A DNA stretch of 64,000 bases from a virus (IMGVR_UViG_3300028887_000068:64001-128000), one strand, 5' to 3'; positions 17,424-28,170 are shown, counted from the stretch's first letter. Made by a program: numbers and translations. Notes: generated by a model from the sequence alone, not told the origin.

Positions 17424-18905
17424 ATGCGTATTGAATTTGCCAAGAAGAGACATGACACTAGAGGAAACACTTTCTTCCGTGAATTCGTAAAGAAGATTGA
17501 AACCAATGACCGTGAAATCATGCGTGAAATTGCAGGTGAAAAGAGATATGATGATACTTTCACGCCAGTTGTCTATGACAGAAGAATTCAGCTCAAGGTC
17601 ATGAACGAAATTCCGGATTACGATATGGTCAATTCCGATATTATCATTGACCGTGATGATCCACTTATTCAGCTTTGTGCAGCTTTGGCTCGCTACAAGA
17701 CCACCAACCAGTTCGCTCTCAACCTGTCCACCAAGTTTGTAACCTACGATGACGAGCAGGGTCGCTTTGATACTCTTCGCCGTTGTAAGGCCCTCTATGA
17801 CAGACTCTCTGAGAGACTGGATATTGCTTCAACGAAGTTCGGTTATACAACCATCTACAAGACGGATTACACTTACATTCTTAAGGAAATCCGTACTTCG
17901 CTTAAGCTCATGGTGAAGAATATCAGTTTTGCTATTGAAGCTGAAGGAGCCGAGATCTCTAACAAGAATCTCTTTTTCCTTACTGTTGCTTTTATCAACA
18001 ATGTCTATCGTGCCTATGAAGGCTTCCGTAGGCTTGTTGTACCTGAGTTCGTCTTCGGTCTGCTCAAAGGAAATGTAGAAGAACTAAATTTCTACAGATT
18101 TAATAGAGAAATTGCCGAGAGAGAACAACACGAAGAAATTTTAGAACTAAAAAATGTGGAGAAAGATGCTTCTCCCAAGATGGTGACTAGAAAGACATTC
18201 GTGAATAAAGAGATTGATCTTTCTCTCAACAATGGAGTCTATAACGGAATGTTATTTGCCGAACTCTGCGATCGCGGAATCATTCGTCAGGGTTCTAACA
18301 AGCTTCTGTATAGAACGAAGTCTGAGAAGGATATCATCACTGAACTCAAGGAAGCTAAGATAGAACTTGCGAACGGCAAGAATACTGCAAAGATCGGTGT
18401 AAACCGTATACAAGCAATCTGCAAAGAACACAAAGTTCATACTATGCGTGACTTGAAGAAAGCACAGACAGAAAAGAGCTTCTTCCTTACCAATGTTGAA
18501 ACACAGGGAGCCAATTACTTCACTGCTGCTCAACACAACTTCAAGCTTAGAGGTGACTCTAAGGAAGTGCTCAATGATGTCAATTCTGGAATAGCGGATC
18601 TTGTATCCAGACTCTCCGAGGAACCGGGTAAGGGTCATTACAAGAACTACTTCAGAGCTTGCTTCTACAATAGTGTCGACGAAAGCGTCGCAGCTGAACT
18701 GAACACCCTTAACAACCAAATCATTCGAGAAGTACATGAAAACTATAGGAACGGTCGTGGCAGTAATGATATTGCTGACAATGTTCGCTATCGTAAGCTT
18801 GAAGATCGTCTTTTGCAGTATGGTCTTTCCGAAAGCGAACTCATAGGGCTGAATGAACCTCTCGTTGACGAAACTGAGGAGTATGACTATGAAAAGATTG
18901 CTTAA
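17424..18905 (+). CDS. Hypothetical protein
   Basis: 493-aa ORF, GGAG SD, AACT-N6-TG at 17393-17405. Confidence 0.8.
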   Translation: MRIEFAKKRHDTRGNTFFREFVKKIETNDREIMREIAGEKRYDDTFTPVVYDRRIQLKVMNEIPDYDMVNSDIIIDRDDPLIQLCAALARYKTTNQFALNLSTKFVTYDDEQGRFDTLRRCKALYDRLSERLDIASTKFGYTTIYKTDYTYILKEIRTSLKLMVKNISFAIEAEGAEISNKNLFFLTVAFINNVYRAYEGFRRLVVPEFVFGLLKGNVEELNFYRFNREIAEREQHEEILELKNVEKDASPKMVTRKTFVNKEIDLSLNNGVYNGMLFAELCDRGIIRQGSNKLLYRTKSEKDIITELKEAKIELANGKNTAKIGVNRIQAICKEHKVHTMRDLKKAQTEKSFFLTNVETQGANYFTAAQHNFKLRGDSKEVLNDVNSGIADLVSRLSEEPGKGHYKNYFRACFYNSVDESVAAELNTLNNQIIREVHENYRNGRGSNDIADNVRYRKLEDRLLQYGLSESELIGLNEPLVDETEEYDYEKIA

Positions 18906-19911
18906 ATGGATTGCTTGGCTCTTGGACTGGTCAGTCTTTGGGCCTCATCGCCGATGGAAGTATTTCCAAACGAATGTGCGAAAGATTGTTAACGCTTTCC
19001 GTGATCAGGACAACCTTGACAATCTTCTCTGCTATTTTAGCTCCAACGATGCTACAGAAGGCGTCATGTACAGCGGGGATATTCGCGAAGCTCATGTTGT
19101 CATGAGGCTTTACCAGCACTATGACCCATACCGATTCTATGTTCATCTGTGGATAAGATACGGTGAGGATAAGCCATACGCTATGGCTATTACGGAATGC
19201 GCTTTCGAAGCTCCCAAAGATCTTAAGCGCATTAGTGTCTTTGAGGGTAAATCTATCCTAGTAAAAGCAATGAACATCAAGCAGAGATTCCAGGACTTCA
19301 TTCAGAATTTTTGGATTGAGAACGATGAATACAAGGTGGAGTATAGGCTTGGCTACGAGACTAAGACTTTCACCGGGTATTACAAGAACAACAACTTGAA
19401 GAAGAAACTCATCGGTGCTCAAGCCTTTGTTAGAGACAATGAGACTAAGCTCTTCAATCTCGTGAACAATATCAACACCTACTATGCCAACTTTGGCAGT
19501 AAGCTGAAGCTTGAGTACAAGTTCGGTGTAAAGGAAAATGGATCGCTCCTTCGCAACTTCGCTCTGTCGATGAATGGTTACGAATTCCTCAACACAGAGA
19601 AAATGCAATTCGGAGATCATCTTGGTCTTCTTAGTGCATACGAGAAACTCGAAGATCCTTCTATCGAAAACACCCTCAAGTGTCTTATGTCTAATACACT
19701 TGTCAAGATAAAGACACCGGATGGAAATATCTTCCTTTGTCACGTCGGTACGGAGAAGTCCGCAAAGTGGACTATCTTCAAGCCAATCTTCTCTGCTTCA
19801 GCATCTTGTGAAGGCATCTACACTACCACAGCGTACATTCTAGAAACTTTTGAAAAGAGGACATTACATCATGGCAGCATTTCAGTGTCAAATCTGCAAA
19901 AAGATATTTAA
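18889..19911 (+). CDS. Hypothetical protein
   Basis: Start re-assigned behind GAGGAG; overlaps the upstream stop. Confidence 0.7.
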   Translation: MKRLLKWIAWLLDWSVFGPHRRWKYFQTNVRKIVNAFRDQDNLDNLLCYFSSNDATEGVMYSGDIREAHVVMRLYQHYDPYRFYVHLWIRYGEDKPYAMAITECAFEAPKDLKRISVFEGKSILVKAMNIKQRFQDFIQNFWIENDEYKVEYRLGYETKTFTGYYKNNNLKKKLIGAQAFVRDNETKLFNLVNNINTYYANFGSKLKLEYKFGVKENGSLLRNFALSMNGYEFLNTEKMQFGDHLGLLSAYEKLEDPSIENTLKCLMSNTLVKIKTPDGNIFLCHVGTEKSAKWTIFKPIFSASASCEGIYTTTAYILETFEKRTLHHGSISVSNLQKDI

Positions 19912-20290
19912 AAGTGCTCGGTCATTGGCTAATCACTGCCACTCCCATGGAATGACTCCAAAGGAATACTATGACAAGTTCCTTATCCGTAGATCGGAAG
20001 GAATCTGCCCTGTCTGTGGCAAACCTGCACAGTTCAAGTCTATCGGAACCGGGTACACCATCTATTGCTCTATGACATGCAAAATGATTGCCCAACATCA
20101 GGATCCATCCTTTGCTAAGGCAAATTCTGAAAGGATGCGTGTACGAAGGAGAGATCCTAAGTTCATTGAAGCATTAAACAATAGTAAAGCTACTTGGTGG
20201 ACAGATGAGCGCAAGAATGCCATCAAGGGTTACAGGGCTGATTTCCTAGAGAAGCAGAAAGTCTCTAAGGAAAATCAGAACAACATATAA
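19871..20290 (+). CDS. Zinc-finger protein (C2H2 + CxxC...CxxxC), resembling homing-endonuclease DNA-binding modules without a nuclease domain
   Basis: FQCQICKKIF...LANHCHSH; CPVCGK...YCSMTC; NUMOD3-like tail. Confidence 0.65.
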   Translation: MAAFQCQICKKIFKSARSLANHCHSHGMTPKEYYDKFLIRRSEGICPVCGKPAQFKSIGTGYTIYCSMTCKMIAQHQDPSFAKANSERMRVRRRDPKFIEALNNSKATWWTDERKNAIKGYRADFLEKQKVSKENQNNI

Positions 20291-20321
20291 AGAAATGGCG
20301 CAAATATTTCGAGGTATACAT

Positions 20322-20516
20322 ATGAGAAAATATTTTTACGCCGTTGACTGGAATGTCGAGCACGAAACATTCACCCTTAAGATTTTTCATGCCGAAGATT
20401 ATACTCTGGCTTATGAAGGATGGACTGAAACTCTAACCATAGACGCGATTAGAGAAGCTATGTCCGAAGTTGAGACAGAGGACTACATTATACAAAGTGT
20501 AGAAGAGGTGCTATGA
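20322..20516 (+). CDS. Hypothetical protein
   Basis: Start behind GAGGT. Confidence 0.6.
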   Translation: MRKYFYAVDWNVEHETFTLKIFHAEDYTLAYEGWTETLTIDAIREAMSEVETEDYIIQSVEEVL

Positions 20517-20794
20517 ACAACGAGACAGTAAGTGATTTAAAAAGAGCAATGCCCCTCGATCCATTATACTATGGTGCTAACGATGGTAAGGTTCATGAGA
20601 AGACCGTGGACTATTACAAGACCACTCGTTACAACAAAATAGTAAATGAGATGCTGAGCACATGTTGGCGTTGCAACCGCAGTCCATTGAGATACAAGCC
20701 ATGCTGTGTCGAATGTGTCAAGAAGCACCTAAACAAAGATTTACCGGATTTAAGATACAACATCAAAAACAAGGAAGCAGATGATGATTTATGA
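20513..20794 (+). CDS. Hypothetical Cys-rich protein
   Basis: CWRC...CCVEC; ATGA overlap with the upstream gene. Confidence 0.6.
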   Translation: MNNETVSDLKRAMPLDPLYYGANDGKVHEKTVDYYKTTRYNKIVNEMLSTCWRCNRSPLRYKPCCVECVKKHLNKDLPDLRYNIKNKEADDDL

Positions 20795-21341
20795 TTTGGC
20801 TAACGGTACCCTCGAAGGTACTCCTGCTCTTATCGTAGTAAAGAACGTAGAATATAACGGAACAACCAAGTGTATTCCGCTTGTCTATCTTCGTTACACA
20901 AATGACGACGAACATACTGAGAAACTCAACTTTGCTGAGAATGTTCTGAGTACTCTCAGACACCGCTTCAAGATCTTCGGAACGAAGTGCCCTGACGGTT
21001 TGTCTGATGAACAGCTTGTTTCCAAGCTCTGCGATAAGTTCAGAAAGGACAAAGATGAACGAGAAGCTGCTTTGGCTAAGAAGAAAGCCGAAAAGGAAGC
21101 TCTCAACAAGGAAAAGAAACCCTTGGAATTTATGACTACTGGCGGTCAGCCGTTCCGTGTATTCTTCGATGTGCCGGACAAGCTTGCAGGAAAGCTGTTC
21201 GTGCATCAGATGGAACCACAGGAAATCAAATTGACCGATGAAGAAAAGCGTTTCATTCTTGCTGCTCGCCAAAGAGCCGAAGAAAAGAGAACACAGGCAG
21301 AACGCTTTGGACACTTGCTTCGTACATTCTTGATTCTTTAA
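20781..21341 (+). CDS. Hypothetical protein
   Basis: 186-aa ORF with phage-like codon usage. Confidence 0.7.
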   Translation: MMIYDLANGTLEGTPALIVVKNVEYNGTTKCIPLVYLRYTNDDEHTEKLNFAENVLSTLRHRFKIFGTKCPDGLSDEQLVSKLCDKFRKDKDEREAALAKKKAEKEALNKEKKPLEFMTTGGQPFRVFFDVPDKLAGKLFVHQMEPQEIKLTDEEKRFILAARQRAEEKRTQAERFGHLLRTFLIL

Positions 21342-21360
21342 TGTATACCTCGTAAAACAG

Positions 21361-21390
21361 GAGTAGACTTCGGTCTACTCCTTCATTTTA
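21361..21390 (+). terminator. Intrinsic terminator
   Basis: GAGTAGAC-TTCG-GTCTACTC followed by a T-rich tail. Confidence 0.7.
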
Positions 21391-21404
21391 TTCCCGGAGA
21401 AAGT

Positions 21405-22163
21405 ATGGAAGGAACAATACCGTCATGCCCGCCTGAGAAGGCTCTGGCATACGAAAAGAGACGACAAGAAATCATGGACAGAAAAGATGGTATCCTTCAG
21501 GAATACCATCTTACAATGGATCCTCTTTCTATCCGTGAAAGAGAGAACACAGCTCTTGAGTTCATGTGCGATTACTTTGACAACTGGAGAAATGACACAA
21601 AGGAATTCTACTTCTGGCGCAATGTTCGTGCGTACTGGGCTAGAGTTCTCGAAATGGTCATCCGCAAGAGCGAAATTGACAATCCGATCGTTCTTGAATT
21701 CACAGAACCGACGGACGTGATGATCTGTGATCCGATTCAGTGCGATATCCTTAGAAGCGAAATCATCAACGTCCTTGATGAGTCCGTCGGGATGTCTCTG
21801 GTTGGAAAGGACTTTGCAGTCTTTGGTACTATCGTGAATGAGTATAACGCAATGGTCTGCCAAGGCCTAGATAGAGTCTTCCGAGGAAGCTTGTTCTTTG
21901 ACGGCGGTATCATGGGTGTTCTTGCTATGAACTCCGATGCCGTTGATATTGATAACAAGAAGTCTAAGAAGTTCCGTAAGACAAGATGCGAAGATTGGTT
22001 CATCCTCAAGAAGTTTGTAGGGAAGGTCACTATATCTAGACATACCTATACTGACGGAACGGACTATCGAACCATCGAGTTGAAGGGTAACGAAGACTAC
22101 ACCATACAGGAACTCATCAACGTTCACAATGAGGAAGACGATGATCAGAACGGCAGTAACTAA
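21405..22163 (+). CDS. Hypothetical protein
   Basis: 252-aa ORF, GGAG SD. Confidence 0.75.
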   Translation: MEGTIPSCPPEKALAYEKRRQEIMDRKDGILQEYHLTMDPLSIRERENTALEFMCDYFDNWRNDTKEFYFWRNVRAYWARVLEMVIRKSEIDNPIVLEFTEPTDVMICDPIQCDILRSEIINVLDESVGMSLVGKDFAVFGTIVNEYNAMVCQGLDRVFRGSLFFDGGIMGVLAMNSDAVDIDNKKSKKFRKTRCEDWFILKKFVGKVTISRHTYTDGTDYRTIELKGNEDYTIQELINVHNEEDDDQNGSN

Positions 22164-23022
22164 GAGACCGCCGAATAAAAAGGACAGGTGCGTCTATTTT
22201 CCTGCCGCTAACAAGTATTCTCAAAGATACTCGTATATGGCAAGAACGTTTGTCCTTGAAGATGAGGACAATCCCGGTAAACTGTATGACTTTATCCCGG
22301 TAGAAGAATACGAAGACCGTGTGTTCGCTCCGGATAATGAGAAGATCATTGACCTCCTCGAATTCGAGACTGAATGCGGTTTCTGTATCCGTATGGAAGA
22401 AAACGGCAGAACACCAGATGGCAAGAAGACCTATATCATTCGCTCTATCCTCAACAGTAGCCCCGGTCTTAGCTGTCTTGCTACCATTGACTATTACACC
22501 AAGAAGTCCAAGGAACTCGGATTAGACAAACAACAAGAAATGACTAACGCAATAAGCTTGGCAATAACGCTTCGTGACTTCTACAACATGAGAGCCAAGG
22601 TTAGAGAGACATGCAAGCTCTTTCCGGATTTCAATCTTGTTTCGGCTTCCATAGGCATGGATATCTGTTATGTATTCAAAGATATAAGAGACAGAGCGCC
22701 CATTAATTTTCTCAAAGATAACCTAGATAAGAGAATATGGGATGCTTCTCCTCTAGAAGTTGCAGTTGCTTCTGTGGATGTTAATGATCTGATACTTGAA
22801 GACATGGCGAGATCACTGCCTTCCGAAGTGCTAGATTCCCTCAAGATAGCATCCCTCTTCTGGCAGAACTCCGAATATGTATTCGGCAATCACAATCATG
22901 TACACAAGGCGAAGGGCGATAGATTCATTGAGAAATTCGTCAAACCCAATCCCCTTGCGTATAGAAGGGTTCGTAATGATCTTGATGAAGTTATTAATAG
23001 CTTCTTGACTTCAGAAATCTAA
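22141..23022 (+). CDS. Hypothetical protein
   Basis: Start behind GAGG; overlaps the upstream gene. Confidence 0.75.
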   Translation: MIRTAVTKRPPNKKDRCVYFPAANKYSQRYSYMARTFVLEDEDNPGKLYDFIPVEEYEDRVFAPDNEKIIDLLEFETECGFCIRMEENGRTPDGKKTYIIRSILNSSPGLSCLATIDYYTKKSKELGLDKQQEMTNAISLAITLRDFYNMRAKVRETCKLFPDFNLVSASIGMDICYVFKDIRDRAPINFLKDNLDKRIWDASPLEVAVASVDVNDLILEDMARSLPSEVLDSLKIASLFWQNSEYVFGNHNHVHKAKGDRFIEKFVKPNPLAYRRVRNDLDEVINSFLTSEI

Positions 23023-23023
23023 C

Positions 23024-23065
23024 AAAAAAAAGGAAACGGTCTATACAACCGTTTCTTTTTTTTTT
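23024..23065. terminator. Bidirectional terminator
   Basis: A run, then GAAACGGT/ACCGTTTC stem, then T run, between convergent genes. Confidence 0.75.
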
Positions 23066-24178
23066 CTATTCGTCTTCTACGTCTGACAGACGTTCTAGAA
23101 CAACCTTGCGAAGCATAGCCGTTTGAATACAGCTTATCTTTTCATTAGGAGGAATAAGAGACTTGACATAGAGGGGATTGCTGTATACCAAGTCGAGCAG
23201 CATTTTTGCAGCCGTTCCCCAAAGAACTGAGACATAGGAAGAAAACTTTGGATTTCGTTTCTTGTAGTCATCTGTGTATTTCTTCAGATACTCAAATTCT
23301 CGTATCATACCCTCATTCTCTGTCTTATTGAAGGTACAGACGTCGGTAAAGACCTGAAGAAAATTATCGTCGTCTTCCTTACTAACATGGGCATAGTCGG
23401 CTTGTCTGTAAGTCTTAGGTTCGCCACGGAGCATAGAAACAAACGAAGCGATGGAAGTAGCCTTGGCAGGATCTAGATTCTTCTTTACGTATTCGACGAT
23501 AAGATCGAAGTCTTCTCGCCTCTTGTCGCCATATCTGTATACTATGACTGTTTCTGTTGTAGATTGAACCGTGTTGGAGTTACCGAAGTTAAACGTTTCG
23601 GCTTTCAGCTTGTCTTGTCTTAGTATGTATCCTTCTATTTCTTCTCTGCTGGCATTTCTGATGTTTATAACCTTAGTTATATAGCGTCTCATTATTTGTT
23701 CATCGGTCGGAATAACTCTGGCTTTGAACCATAGAGACAGGGTAATCGTCGTCTCCCAGTACCAGTAGATCGCGCCATCCGTAGCAACAAATTCCGGAAC
23801 GTCCTCAAAGTAAGCATTGGTAGCCCTCGTTCCGAACAGAGTAACTGTAACGGCATCCATTATGGAATAGACGATAGTTTTCCTCCTTTCGTTGATGATT
23901 TTAGAATAATCTTCCTTCTCCATGTTTACTGGAGATCTAAGCAGGAATTTTATTCTGGCTTCTATAACTATCTCCTCGCCTTTTAGTATGGCGTTGCAGA
24001 TAGGAAGAAGCTCACCGTTGTTTTTGAGAGCACCTTGGATCTTTTCATATGAGCTGGCTTTGTTACCCCAGAGAGTAGACTTCGGTTTTTTCGTGATTAC
24101 GAACCCAGTTTCTTTGTCATAGTTCAAGTCGCAGTTTATTTGTGTTCTAATATCTTCAGGATTCAGCTTCAGTGCCAT
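23066..24178 (-). CDS. Hypothetical protein, paralog family A
   Basis: 370 aa; C-terminal helix-NP-helix followed by an acidic tail. Confidence 0.75.
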   Translation of the reverse strand: MALKLNPEDIRTQINCDLNYDKETGFVITKKPKSTLWGNKASSYEKIQGALKNNGELLPICNAILKGEEIVIEARIKFLLRSPVNMEKEDYSKIINERRKTIVYSIMDAVTVTLFGTRATNAYFEDVPEFVATDGAIYWYWETTITLSLWFKARVIPTDEQIMRRYITKVINIRNASREEIEGYILRQDKLKAETFNFGNSNTVQSTTETVIVYRYGDKRREDFDLIVEYVKKNLDPAKATSIASFVSMLRGEPKTYRQADYAHVSKEDDDNFLQVFTDVCTFNKTENEGMIREFEYLKKYTDDYKKRNPKFSSYVSVLWGTAAKMLLDLVYSNPLYVKSLIPPNEKISCIQTAMLRKVVLERLSDVEDE

Positions 24179-25313
24179 CCTCTTCCTCCAACATAGCTAA
24201 GCGTTTGTTTTTTATGTCATGAACGAGCTGAAAAGCGTTATATGCACTGAGATCCGTAGATTCGAATTTCTCTACGAACATTAATGGATTCTCATCGAAT
24301 TTTTTAACAAGAAATTCGACAAGGAAGTCCTTGAGAGTTTGTGGTTTCTCTTTGTTCTCGTTCGCTTCTTCATAGTCAGCGAAGAACTCATCAGCACAGC
24401 TTTTCATAGCATTAACAGTTTCTACTTTATCGTAGAATCTACTGAATGCCTCTCTATTCTTTTCACGGTCGTTTGAGAGTTCTTCGTTAAAGCTGAGCGC
24501 TCCTTGATAGACCTTTAATGGGAACGGATCATCGTGCTTGGCGTAATGGTAGACAACACCGATTAAAGCTGGCTTGAAGTATCCAGCACGCTCGATCCAA
24601 TGTTTGATAGAAGAGAACTCCTCAACCTTTCTATCACAGGATTTGAGGAGCGCCATATACCTGTAATCTCTGAAGAATATATCGACATTCTCGATACTGT
24701 CCATAATCTTCTGGAGAGTATCATTGCTCAAGTCAAAGGAAAGATTAAAGAATGTCGGTTTACTAAAGCGTTTCTTTGCGTTATTCTGGTTGTATTTCGG
24801 TATTGGCTTTATCTTGAAGCGTATCTTTGTCTTAAATGACAGAATCGAATTGTTGGTCTTTGTTCCGTAACTTATCTCGTCGCGATCTATAATTTCAACG
24901 GGTCTACCGAAGACGGTTGGCTTGAAAAATTCGGTGTCAAAGAATTCCTCTAATTCCGGAATCAGATAAGAGTAGTCTTTAACTACTGGAAAGTCAGGTT
25001 CATTGATATTTTCGACAGAACCGTAGTTGAGGTAAATGACAATTTTCACAGGCATTTCGGACTCCTCACCTCGCATGATACGCTGAAACGGTTCATAGAA
25101 ACTCTTGGAAGACAGCATACTTATAGTTTCTGCGATAGAGAAGGAGTGATTGATTTGTGTAAAAGTCTGGAATTTGATGTAGTGCTGTTGGTCATTATGC
25201 CAGACGGCCTTCGCAAAAGCTAACTTTTCGGCGAATGTAAGCTTCCTGCTGTTACGATTCTCGTACGGAAGCGAAACAGAGAACTTGAAGACCAAGTCGT
25301 TCATAATATTCAT
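24156..25313 (-). CDS. Hypothetical protein, paralog family A
   Basis: 385 aa; C-terminal LKDFLVEFLVKKFDENPLMF followed by an acidic tail. Confidence 0.75.
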   Translation of the reverse strand: MNIMNDLVFKFSVSLPYENRNSRKLTFAEKLAFAKAVWHNDQQHYIKFQTFTQINHSFSIAETISMLSSKSFYEPFQRIMRGEESEMPVKIVIYLNYGSVENINEPDFPVVKDYSYLIPELEEFFDTEFFKPTVFGRPVEIIDRDEISYGTKTNNSILSFKTKIRFKIKPIPKYNQNNAKKRFSKPTFFNLSFDLSNDTLQKIMDSIENVDIFFRDYRYMALLKSCDRKVEEFSSIKHWIERAGYFKPALIGVVYHYAKHDDPFPLKVYQGALSFNEELSNDREKNREAFSRFYDKVETVNAMKSCADEFFADYEEANENKEKPQTLKDFLVEFLVKKFDENPLMFVEKFESTDLSAYNAFQLVHDIKNKRLAMLEEEDGTEAES

Positions 25314-25488
25314 GATTTCCCTCGTGGAATGTTGCGAACTTAAAAATGAGCGAGTTCGTTTCCTTCTCGCTTTGTGGTTAATAGGCCGTAGAGGTGTGTC
25401 CTCTACGGCTTATTTTACACAACACAGTTAATGGCTTTATTCTTATATATAAAACAATGCTCATTAAACTTAACCAAAGGTAACAGAT

Positions 25489-26934
25489 ATGAAGTATGAC
25501 TTTACATTGACTTACTATCTAGACTGCAAGCTTCAGACCGACATGAACAAGCTTGACATGACAAAATCTCAGGATATCGTTACAGCTGTGCGTAGCTCTA
25601 TTACTCGCTCCATTCCCACACATAAGACCGTTACGGAACTCACGGAAGAAAATGTGCTCAAGATGGCAAACTTTCTTGAGCAGATTCGTGTTACTTCCGA
25701 GAAGGGCGAATGTCCCATTATCGAATTTGATATCGTTCTCAATATCATCTTTCCCGATGGCTACTCGAAGGATGCTTTCTTGGAGGGCTTCTATATTAAC
25801 ATTGATGTCTCCGGTGATCCACAAGAGAAACAAACGTCTATCGAAACTGTCTTGAATCGTATTACAAATGATCACATTTATGACGATTCTCTTCAGGAAT
25901 TCTTTAATATTCGCATGAACAATGCGTATGGCGTTAAAAAAGAAGATTACAAGACTGCTCACTTTATCCGTGTAGATGGAATAGAATTCAAGCCGACATA
26001 TGTTGTCCTCAAAGCAACATACGTTTATAAGGGATTCTCTCATCCGGAATCTGTGAGCCACTTCTTTGAACACGGCACGCTCGCTGAATTTGTGAATAAA
26101 CTAAGCAAGCAGGATTATAGGAGCAGCCTGAGACGCAATGAAGTATACGAAGACGAAATCGTCTATTCCAGTGACACCAATCCGTTTAGTTACTATGACG
26201 GCGATATAACATACTGGGATAACTTCCCCAAGGCTCACGTATGGTTTGTTGCTTACCTTTATGCGCAGAACAAGGATAACTTTACTTTCATCTGTACACC
26301 ATCCAGAAATCGCTTCATTCTTGTATTAAAGAAGAAAACGGAAATGTCTATCGATTCCGCCATCGAAGCTACATCTTCTACACTGTTTAGGGATGACCCA
26401 TCTCTGGAACGTGCTTTGAAGGTTTTGGCTGCTACGGTTAGTCCGGCAGACCCGTTCTCTAAGCTTCTTGCATACAAAAGATCTGATAAGGATTACTTTA
26501 TTGAAAGTGGAAGGTCATGCTACGATGAAAATATTGCCATCTTCCTTCATAGCGATGCTTACACTATTGATAAAACAATAGTCATGGCTCTTACATTGAT
26601 AAGACAAACCGAAGATATTAAGGCCATCTTCGAATCTCTCGTCAAGAAGCTCACGGAAGCGAAAGCAGCTGGTCATACAGACCTTCAGACTTTTGTTCTC
26701 GATGAATTCAAGAAGCGTATTAAGGCTAATCCCTATGAATACGCTCTTGAAGTCAATAACATTGCCGACATGAACGGCGTTGACGATATCCGTATGCTTG
26801 CTAAGATGCTTCTCAGCAACTTGCAACCAGAGGATATTGAAGATGAAGGTGATGGCGAAGGCGATGAAGATGATTCAGAAAGTGAAGAACCTATAATCGG
26901 AACAGGAATGAGATTCTATGCTCCCAAACACTGA
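25489..26934 (+). CDS. Hypothetical protein, paralog family A
   Basis: 481 aa; LQTFVLDEFKKRIKANPYEY...DDIRMLAKMLL followed by an acidic tail. Confidence 0.8.
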   Translation: MKYDFTLTYYLDCKLQTDMNKLDMTKSQDIVTAVRSSITRSIPTHKTVTELTEENVLKMANFLEQIRVTSEKGECPIIEFDIVLNIIFPDGYSKDAFLEGFYINIDVSGDPQEKQTSIETVLNRITNDHIYDDSLQEFFNIRMNNAYGVKKEDYKTAHFIRVDGIEFKPTYVVLKATYVYKGFSHPESVSHFFEHGTLAEFVNKLSKQDYRSSLRRNEVYEDEIVYSSDTNPFSYYDGDITYWDNFPKAHVWFVAYLYAQNKDNFTFICTPSRNRFILVLKKKTEMSIDSAIEATSSTLFRDDPSLERALKVLAATVSPADPFSKLLAYKRSDKDYFIESGRSCYDENIAIFLHSDAYTIDKTIVMALTLIRQTEDIKAIFESLVKKLTEAKAAGHTDLQTFVLDEFKKRIKANPYEYALEVNNIADMNGVDDIRMLAKMLLSNLQPEDIEDEGDGEGDEDDSESEEPIIGTGMRFYAPKH

Positions 26935-28135
26935 AATAGAAAACCTTGGGCTGACTCTCAATGTCAGCCATGACTTCTCTCTTGAGTTATCTCAGAATTC
27001 TCCGGGAAAGACTTTCGACTGGCTGAACATCCCCGACATCAAAGGACAGGTTAATGCGTCTTTCTCTCCAGTGGATTTCAAGAAACTGATCGAAGAACAC
27101 TCGCAGTGCCTTGTAGATATGTTCTTCTCTAAAGGCAAATGCAATATCGATTGCTCTGTAAGTATGATTCTTCCAGCTGGTTGTTACGAGTATGACCAGA
27201 GCCAGGATGAAGCTATCAGACAGACGGCTAAGAGTGTTATCCTAAACGTTCCAAGAATTAAGACATTCTTTAGCACCGACGTTGATTGTTCCATAGAAAT
27301 ACAGTGTGGAAGAATCATGGTGGAATCTTTCTTCGTCAACGTTTATTGTACCATTACGTACTTCGATATCAATCCGTGGACTACAAGTTCTATGGATGAG
27401 ATCTATGCTCGCATTGGTTCAAAACGTGGTGAAAAGGTCAAGATCAATAGAGTAGTGTCATCATGGGATCCTAAACACTGGGATACATTCCCCGATACTT
27501 CTCTGATTTCTTTTCTAAAGTACTATAATGAAAATAAAGAATTCATTAAGTACGAATACGTAAAGAATAGTGTACATGAGTACATTCAGTTCACTGGAAC
27601 GATTACGGATCCCGAAAAGGCTCTGAGAACAGCGGTTAATGAGATAACCATTGATGGCGACAAGGAACCAACTATAGGAAGACTTGCTACCTTGTTCGCT
27701 TGTCTGACAGACCATAGAGACTTCAAGTTCTTAAAGCGAAATGTTGATTACAATGAAGAGCATAGCGATAACATCAGAGGTTTCATAACGAACTTCGGTG
27801 TAATCTTGAATCTTCATTCTCCGTATTCGGGCGACAATGATCTTCTTGAAGGGCTCAGAAATATTGTTTACGACTGTAATGCTATAAAGAGATTCGCTAA
27901 TTCGCTTGCACAGTTAGTAAAAGATAACTGCAATGAGAACAAGAACTTCAAAGAGTTTATTAAAGAGCTCATTATGGACGAAGTTCGTAGTAACCCATTG
28001 AAGTATGAAAAAGATGGAAGAATCTTTGGTCTCAAGGCAAGCGAAGATATTGCGATCGCCGCCAAAATGTTCCTTGGTCATGACATTCAAATCGATGAAT
28101 CTGACATGGACGATGGCGACGACTATGAAGATTAA
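26918..28135 (+). CDS. Hypothetical protein, paralog family A
   Basis: 405 aa; FKEFIKELIMDEVRSNPLKY...EDIAIAAKMFL followed by an acidic tail. Confidence 0.8.
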   Translation: MLPNTEIENLGLTLNVSHDFSLELSQNSPGKTFDWLNIPDIKGQVNASFSPVDFKKLIEEHSQCLVDMFFSKGKCNIDCSVSMILPAGCYEYDQSQDEAIRQTAKSVILNVPRIKTFFSTDVDCSIEIQCGRIMVESFFVNVYCTITYFDINPWTTSSMDEIYARIGSKRGEKVKINRVVSSWDPKHWDTFPDTSLISFLKYYNENKEFIKYEYVKNSVHEYIQFTGTITDPEKALRTAVNEITIDGDKEPTIGRLATLFACLTDHRDFKFLKRNVDYNEEHSDNIRGFITNFGVILNLHSPYSGDNDLLEGLRNIVYDCNAIKRFANSLAQLVKDNCNENKNFKEFIKELIMDEVRSNPLKYEKDGRIFGLKASEDIAIAAKMFLGHDIQIDESDMDDGDDYED

Positions 28136-28140
28136 TACGA

Positions 28141-28170
28141 AGGGCATGTACACGCCCTTTATTTTTTCAT
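28141..28170 (+). terminator. Intrinsic terminator
   Basis: AGGGC-ATGTACAC-GCCCT followed by TTATTTTTT. Confidence 0.65.
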
